In this document: piece by piece, positions 45,194 to 50,335 of the stretch
Layout: each line of letters starts with the position of its first letter
How positions within the stretch are numbered: position 1 is the first letter of the stretch
Origin: a virus
Lineage: Duplodnaviria; Caudoviricetes
DNA length: 50,335 bases
Direction: 5' to 3' (one strand)
Virus record (IMG/VR): IMGVR_UViG_3300042470_000725
Coordinates: 1 to 50,335 of that record
Program-made: the position numbers and the translations under genes
Notes under the pieces: generated by a model
Told to the model about the DNA's origin: nothing
Databases searched by the model: none
What the model saw: only the letters and a program-made list of their open reading frames with translations

Positions 45194-46303
45194 TTACCCG
45201 AAGGCTTTTGCTGCAGATTCATGGCCCATGGGGACAAGCTTTTGCTCCCCCGGGGGCTTTTCCGCGAATGCGGTTACAACGTCTCCCGGGACGCCAGCGG
45301 TCCGGGCTTGGTTCGGCGTGAGCGTCGCGGGCTTTGCAAGGTTCACGCCGAAGCCCTCGCCAATGGCAACGACCGCGTCCGGGTCGATCGTCCAGCGCTC
45401 CCGGCCCGTCCCTTGCTTGAAGCCCCATCCCGGCACCGCCCGGCCGGCGCGAAGTTCCCCCTTAGCGATCTCTTCTAGTGCGCCCTGCTGCGCCTTTAGG
45501 CGGCCTTGGGCGCGTTGGATTAGCGAGAGCTGCAGGCCAATGGCGGCCGGCGGGATCTCGAGGGGCACGGACTGCCCGGCGATATCCATTGCGGCGTACC
45601 CGGCGGCCCGCAACGCCGGGCAAGCGTGGCGAGCGCTGCAGTCTTCGCAATGGTCATTTGGCACGCAAAGGGCGTTAGGCACTTTGGCGTGACGGGCCGC
45701 CGTATAAAGCCCGTCGACCACGGCGCGGACCTTCCAACCCAACGTGTCCCAAGTCCGTATCGGGCCGTCGGGGTGGTAATTGCGGGGCTGGACGATCGTA
45801 AGCCGGACTTGCCAGCCCTTGACCATGTCCCAAGTCAGGGACTCCCGCTCGAGCACGCCGGCGACGTATAGACAAAGCTGCTCATTGCACCACGGGTCGA
45901 CGTACCTATGCCCATATTTGTAATCGACGACGTCGATACACTTCGACCCGTGATCGCAGGCGGCAAGGTCCGGCGTGCCCTCGCAGTCGGGGTGTACGAG
46001 CTGGTACATTGTCAGCTTGCGTTCAACCCAACGCGGGAAGCCCGCCATGGTCGCGGCGGCGAGGAAGTAGCTCCCGCATTCCTGCATTTCTTCGTCAATC
46101 GCCACGCCGTTAGGCGCAATAGCCCCGACGGGCAGGAAGCGACCTTGCAGGGCTTCCGTCGCCCAATGGTGCGCGGCGGTCCCTAGCCGCGCCTCCTCGC
46201 CTTCCGTCTCCTCGTAACGGGCCTGCATTGCGAAACTGCCCGGGCAGCGCGACCATATCGCCGCGCTGCTAGGACGAAGGACCCCCGGCACACTCACGGT
46301 CAC
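45194..46303 (-). CDS. Cas4-like / DUF2800 PD-(D/E)xK exonuclease
   Basis: PSSAAIWSRCPGS, GTAAH, GTPD, VVDYKYG, IVQPR, HCEDC...CP. GTG start 46303. Confidence 0.88.
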   Translation of the reverse strand: MTVSVPGVLRPSSAAIWSRCPGSFAMQARYEETEGEEARLGTAAHHWATEALQGRFLPVGAIAPNGVAIDEEMQECGSYFLAAATMAGFPRWVERKLTMYQLVHPDCEGTPDLAACDHGSKCIDVVDYKYGHRYVDPWCNEQLCLYVAGVLERESLTWDMVKGWQVRLTIVQPRNYHPDGPIRTWDTLGWKVRAVVDGLYTAARHAKVPNALCVPNDHCEDCSARHACPALRAAGYAAMDIAGQSVPLEIPPAAIGLQLSLIQRAQGRLKAQQGALEEIAKGELRAGRAVPGWGFKQGTGRERWTIDPDAVVAIGEGFGVNLAKPATLTPNQARTAGVPGDVVTAFAEKPPGEQKLVPMGHESAAKAFG

Positions 46304-46971
46304 GCCGCCGCAATCGCGTCGACTTGCGCTTCCACGACCGGGATAAGGTCGGGACGCTGCAGGAGATCGCCAAGCTTCTTGACGCCGACGGTCTCGCACA
46401 TGCCGGTAATGTCCAGCACGGTCAATTTACCGGCGTTCTGCAGGGGCGTCACCTTCTTCATGAGCGCTTGGAAGAGCACGATCGGGGGCTGCACGGCGGC
46501 GGGGGCCGGGGCGGGCGGCGGCTCTGGCGGCGGGGGCGGAGCTGGCGGCGGCGCGGGAAGCGCGGCCCGGAGCTCTGCGGTCACGGTTTGCACGAGCGCG
46601 TCGGCGACGCCCCGCTTCTTCCGCCACCGGCCGTCCGCCGTGAGCGACCCGACGCCTTCCGCCGTGGTGGCATGGATTCGCGCATCCCATGGCAGGCCGT
46701 CCGCGTCGACGGGGCCGCCAGCGCTTTGCACGGGCGGGGCCGGGTCCGCCGGGCCAAACGCCGCCGTGACTTCGTCGACGGGGGCCGGAGCGGGGGGCAC
46801 GACGGCCGCCTGCAGTTTTTGCGCCAGCTCCGGTCCGTCCTGCAGAGTGACGTCGACCAAACGGGCCGGCGAGGCGTCGGCAAAGGGGGCGGGGCACACG
46901 CCGGTTAGCAGAGCGACAAGCCCCGTGATCTCCCGGGGCGTAATGGTCGCCGTGTCGAATGTGATTTGCAA
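46300..46971 (-). CDS. Conserved phage protein (DADGLPWDARIH motif, Pro-rich linkers)
   Basis: RBS aggagg; first gene of the leftward replication operon. Confidence 0.8.
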   Translation of the reverse strand: MQITFDTATITPREITGLVALLTGVCPAPFADASPARLVDVTLQDGPELAQKLQAAVVPPAPAPVDEVTAAFGPADPAPPVQSAGGPVDADGLPWDARIHATTAEGVGSLTADGRWRKKRGVADALVQTVTAELRAALPAPPPAPPPPPEPPPAPAPAAVQPPIVLFQALMKKVTPLQNAGKLTVLDITGMCETVGVKKLGDLLQRPDLIPVVEAQVDAIAAA

Positions 46972-46995
46972 GGCCGTGGCCTCCTGTTTTGCATG

Positions 46996-47036
46996 TTGAC
47001 GGCGGAACCGTTACCGACCTATGACAGCCCCGTCAA
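46996..47036. promoter_or_regulatory. Overlapping divergent promoters with operator B
   Basis: Plus strand TTGACG at 46996; minus strand TTGACG at 47031-47036; palindrome ATGACA-GCCC-CGTCAA 47021-47036. Confidence 0.65.
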
Positions 47037-48697
47037 CAGCAATCGCAGAGCGTGCCTTGCCAATTCTCCGGCCATACCAGAACGATCTAGCCGCCGCCGT
47101 CCGCACGGAATGGGCGGCCGGGGCGCGCAACGTGGTCATGCGTCTGGACACCGGCGGCGGCAAGACGGTCATCCTCGCGCACCTTATCGGGAGCCAAGCC
47201 GCCGCCGTCATTGCGCACCGTCAAGAGCTTGTCGGACAGCTCTCGCTAGCCCTCGCACGCAACGGCGTCCGGCACGACATTATCGCCCCCGATGCGGTCC
47301 GACGCGCCATTGCCCGACTGCACATAGACGAATTGGGTCGAAGCTATTACGCCCCGGGCGCGCCGTGTCGGGTCGCTGGCGTCGACACGCTCAACAATCG
47401 CCGGGAAGAGCTCAAGGCTTGGGCGTCGACGGTCACGTTGGTTGTAGTGGACGAAGCGCACCACGTCATAGCGGCCAATAAATGGGGCACGGCCATGACC
47501 CTGTTTACCAACCCGGCCTGTCGCGGGCTCTTCCCGACCGCCACGCCGCAACGCGCCGACGGCAAGGGTCTAGGCCGGCACGCGGACGGGCTGGCGGACG
47601 TCATGGTGCAAGGGCCGCCTATGCGGTGGCTGATAGATAACGGGCATCTTACCGACTACCGCATGTTTTGCGTTGAGAACGATATGCGCCTGCTAGAGAG
47701 CGACATAGGCGCAAGCGGGGACTGGTCGACCGCCAAGCTACGCGCCGCCGCCCGCGAGTCGCATATCGTCGGGGACGTGGTCGCCCGATATCTTGAGTTT
47801 GCGCCGGGCCTCTTGGGCGTGACCTTTTGCCCTGACGTTGAGACCGCCGGCGAGATCCAAGCGCAGTACGTGGCGCAAGGCGTCCCGGCCGCCCTTCTTA
47901 CGGGCAAGACAGACGGCGGCGTGCGGCGTCACACGCTCAAGAGATACGCCAAGCGCGAGATCATGCAGCTTGTCGTCGTCGATATCGTGAGCGAAGGCTT
48001 TGATCTTCCCGCGATCGAGGTCGCCAGCTTGGCCCGCAAGACGGCAAGTCTCGCGACGTTCATGCAGCAATTTGGCCGGGCGCTCCGGCCCATGCCGGGC
48101 AAGGGCGCGGCCCGCATCATAGACCACGTCGGCAACTTCCTTCGCCACGGGCCGCCCGATCGGCCCCGGGCGTGGTCGCTGGACCGCCGGGAGCGACGCA
48201 GCGGCGGCGGGAGCGACGCCATACCGTCCCGCATTTGCCTTCCGTGGGGGCCGTATCCCGGCTGTTATCAACCGTACGTCCGGACGCTCAAAGCGTGCCC
48301 CTATTGCTCTTGCCCGGCCCCGCCGCCCGTCGGCCGGTCCAGCCCGGAAATGGTCGACGGCGACCTTAGCGAGCTAGACCCGGAGACCTTGGCGCGGCTT
48401 CGCGGCGCGGTCGACGTCGTCAACCTACCGGCCGAAGCGTACCGGGCGACACTGGCGGCAAAGCACATGCCGGAGATCGGACAGCTCGCCGACGTCAAAC
48501 GCCATCACGCCCGCCAGCTCGAGCAAGTGGCGCTCCGGAACGCCATGGACATATGGGCCGGCCAACGCCACGCGGCGGGGCGGACCGATTCGGAGATCCA
48601 GCGGGAATTCTGGTTTACCTTCGGGCTTGACGTGCTCAGTGCGCTAGCCTTGGGCCCAACGGACGCAGCGGCGCTAAGGGGGCGCATTGAAGCATGA
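47021..48697 (+). CDS. SF2 DEAH helicase with C-terminal zinc finger
   Basis: LRPYQ, TGGGKT, DEAHH, TATP, EGFDLP, QQFGRALR. True start may be TTG 47057. Confidence 0.93.
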   Translation: MTAPSTAIAERALPILRPYQNDLAAAVRTEWAAGARNVVMRLDTGGGKTVILAHLIGSQAAAVIAHRQELVGQLSLALARNGVRHDIIAPDAVRRAIARLHIDELGRSYYAPGAPCRVAGVDTLNNRREELKAWASTVTLVVVDEAHHVIAANKWGTAMTLFTNPACRGLFPTATPQRADGKGLGRHADGLADVMVQGPPMRWLIDNGHLTDYRMFCVENDMRLLESDIGASGDWSTAKLRAAARESHIVGDVVARYLEFAPGLLGVTFCPDVETAGEIQAQYVAQGVPAALLTGKTDGGVRRHTLKRYAKREIMQLVVVDIVSEGFDLPAIEVASLARKTASLATFMQQFGRALRPMPGKGAARIIDHVGNFLRHGPPDRPRAWSLDRRERRSGGGSDAIPSRICLPWGPYPGCYQPYVRTLKACPYCSCPAPPPVGRSSPEMVDGDLSELDPETLARLRGAVDVVNLPAEAYRATLAAKHMPEIGQLADVKRHHARQLEQVALRNAMDIWAGQRHAAGRTDSEIQREFWFTFGLDVLSALALGPTDAAALRGRIEA

Positions 48698-49287
48698 CCA
48701 AGACACGCAAAGATGCGCACCTATGGCAGCGCGACCCGGAAGATTGGTATATTGAGCCGGCGAAGAGCGTCCGCCAGCTTCTAACCGTTGAGAGCTTCGA
48801 CGGCTGGACGCACGACCCATGTTGCGGACGCGGGACGATACCGGAAGTGCTGGCGTCGCATGGCGTGACGGTCACGGGGTCGGACATAAAGGACCGGGGC
48901 GCGCCGTTCTTTGCGGGCGTGTCGGACTTTATCGCGACCGGGTGGCTTCCCGAAGGCGTGCAAAACGTCTGCATGAACCCGCCGTACTTCAAGGCGGCCG
49001 GCGCGGAAGCCTGTATCGTGCAAGCTCTGGACAACGCGCCGGGCAAAGTCGCGGCGTTCGTGTCGGCCAAATTCCTGTACGGCGGCAAGCGCTCCCGGCG
49101 GCTCTATAAAACCCGGCCGCCCTCGCGCGTGTGGCTGCTTACCGATCGCCCGTCTTGTCCGCCCGGGGCGTGGCTGGCGGCCGGCAACGTGGCGGGAGGC
49201 GGCGAACAAGACTTTGCGTGGCTGGTATGGGACGTCGTGCAACGGCGGCGACCGGCCGGAATGCCGGCAAGCATGGGGTGGTTATGA
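48694..49287 (+). CDS. Putative amino (N6A/N4C) DNA methyltransferase
   Basis: SAM-binding DPCCGRG followed by catalytic NPPY. Confidence 0.8.
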   Translation: MTKTRKDAHLWQRDPEDWYIEPAKSVRQLLTVESFDGWTHDPCCGRGTIPEVLASHGVTVTGSDIKDRGAPFFAGVSDFIATGWLPEGVQNVCMNPPYFKAAGAEACIVQALDNAPGKVAAFVSAKFLYGGKRSRRLYKTRPPSRVWLLTDRPSCPPGAWLAAGNVAGGGEQDFAWLVWDVVQRRRPAGMPASMGWL

Positions 49288-49652
49288 CAAGTGAAGCCTA
49301 CGCACAGTCTCAAGTGCGGCTAGAAGCGCCAACTAAAGGCGTGACCTTGTTCCGGAATAATGTCGGGGTATTGACTGACATAAACGGACGGCCCGTGCGC
49401 TTTGGTCTCGCCAATGACTCCAAGCAACTTAACGAAGTGCTCAAGTCGTCGGATCTCATAGGCTGGCGGCCCGTGCTGATCACGCCGGAGCACGTCGGCC
49501 GGACCCTTGCGCAATTTGTATCGCGGGAATGCAAAGCCCCCGGGTGGAAGTATACCGGCACGGACCGGGAGCGAGCTCAAAAAGCTTGGCTTGATCTGGT
49601 CGCGGCGGCCGGGGGCGATTCTGCATTTGCAACCGGCCCCGGGACACTGTAG
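49284..49652 (+). CDS. VRR-NUC domain nuclease
   Basis: FRNNVG, SSDLIG, ECK, QKAWL. Confidence 0.85.
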   Translation: MTSEAYAQSQVRLEAPTKGVTLFRNNVGVLTDINGRPVRFGLANDSKQLNEVLKSSDLIGWRPVLITPEHVGRTLAQFVSRECKAPGWKYTGTDRERAQKAWLDLVAAAGGDSAFATGPGTL

Positions 49653-49670
49653 CTATGACCGCTACGTCAT
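49627..49670 (+). promoter_or_regulatory. Promoter with operator B upstream of the TetR/primase operon
   Basis: TTGCAA-17nt-TAGCTA; ATGACC-GCTA-CGTCAT 49655-49670; RBS gggagac. Confidence 0.6.
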
Positions 49671-49690
49671 AAGTCGGGAGACACGAGAGC

Positions 49691-49972
49691 ATGACAGGGA
49701 CATACACCGCCGACCCGCCGCCCGCCCCGCGACTGGACGTAACCGCCGTCGCGTCAGAGCCGCCACGCACGCCGCCGGTACGGACCGCAACAGCCGTGAC
49801 GTCCGACTATGCGTTTAGCCTGCTGGCGGGCGTTTCGGACCTCTTGCGCGGCATAGGGGCGGAACCGCTCCCGTACCGGCGGCCCCTCTTTAGGACCAAG
49901 TCGCCCAAGGCGAAGCGCAAGCCATACAAGGGCAGCAAGGCCGCCCGGAAGAGAGCCCGCAGATGCAAGTGA
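49691..49972 (+). CDS. Hypothetical protein with basic C-terminus
   Basis: RBS gggagac. Confidence 0.65.
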   Translation: MTGTYTADPPPAPRLDVTAVASEPPRTPPVRTATAVTSDYAFSLLAGVSDLLRGIGAEPLPYRRPLFRTKSPKAKRKPYKGSKAARKRARRCK

Positions 49973-50289
49973 CCAACCCCCGTACGCCCCGTTGGCAGGC
50001 GATGAACGCGGCGCGCGACGCCAAGGTGCTTGACGCGGCTTGCGCCGTGGCGAGCGAGACCGGGCTGCAGGGGCTTACCCGGCGGGCCGTGGCGGAACGC
50101 GCCGGGGTGGCGCTCGGGAGCGTGAACCTATCGTACGGCGACCTAGCCGGGCTTCATCGCGCCGTGGTGCAGGAGGCGATCGCGCGCCCCCTTCTAGGCG
50201 TACTTGCACAAGCGCTGGCAATGGGTGATCCTGTCGCCCGCGACGCGCCCGACGGCCTCAAAGCCGAAGCCCTCGCCACCGTCCAGTAA
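49963..50289 (+). CDS. TetR-family HTH regulator (short)
   Basis: DAKVLDAA...GLQGLTRRAVAERAGVALGSV..YG is a TetR N-terminal HTH; directly precedes the primase across the circular junction. Confidence 0.85.
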   Translation: MQVTNPRTPRWQAMNAARDAKVLDAACAVASETGLQGLTRRAVAERAGVALGSVNLSYGDLAGLHRAVVQEAIARPLLGVLAQALAMGDPVARDAPDGLKAEALATVQ

Positions 50290-50335
50290 AGAGGTTTCCG
50301 TATGGACTCCCTTCCGGGAGCGCTCGCGGCGTTGG
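50209..50335. repeat. Terminal direct repeat copy 2
   Basis: Identical to 1-127. Confidence 0.95.

Noticed and set aside
1-50335. Lysogeny module, tRNAs, introns/inteins, reverse transcriptase/DGR, alternative genetic code
   Set aside because: None recognised; genes are intact under the standard code and all three stop codons are used.

Overview
The window is an apparently complete, circularly assembled tailed dsDNA phage genome. Bases 1-127 repeat exactly at 50209-50335, giving a unit length of about 50,208 bp. It is GC-rich and has a contractile-tail (myovirus-type) gene set: TerS, TerL, DUF1073-type portal, MuF, DUF2213-type prohead protease, DUF2184-type capsid, DUF3383 sheath, tube, tape measure with lysozyme domain, baseplate and fibre. 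It also has a holin/GH19 endolysin/spanin lysis cassette and a replication module (primase-helicase, family A polymerase, SSB, Cas4-like nuclease, SF2 helicase, VRR-NUC, MTase). A Caulobacter-like GapR homologue points to an alphaproteobacterial host. No integrase, tRNA or CRISPR was seen. Main observations: (1) the portal is fused to a zeta-toxin-like P-loop kinase behind a predicted A-x-D maturation site, followed by a tiny coupled acidic ORF; (2) a start-less -1 frame at the end of the SSB gene would add a zinc ribbon and a host-SSB-like DEIPF tail; (3) one beta-rich module is shared by the head decoration, sheath and fibre proteins, nested within itself in two of them; (4) two palindromic operator families mark promoters whose -35 boxes often supply the upstream stop codon; (5) a cruciform/iteron region lies next to a five-zinc-finger protein. 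All family assignments are from motif recognition by eye; no database searches were run.
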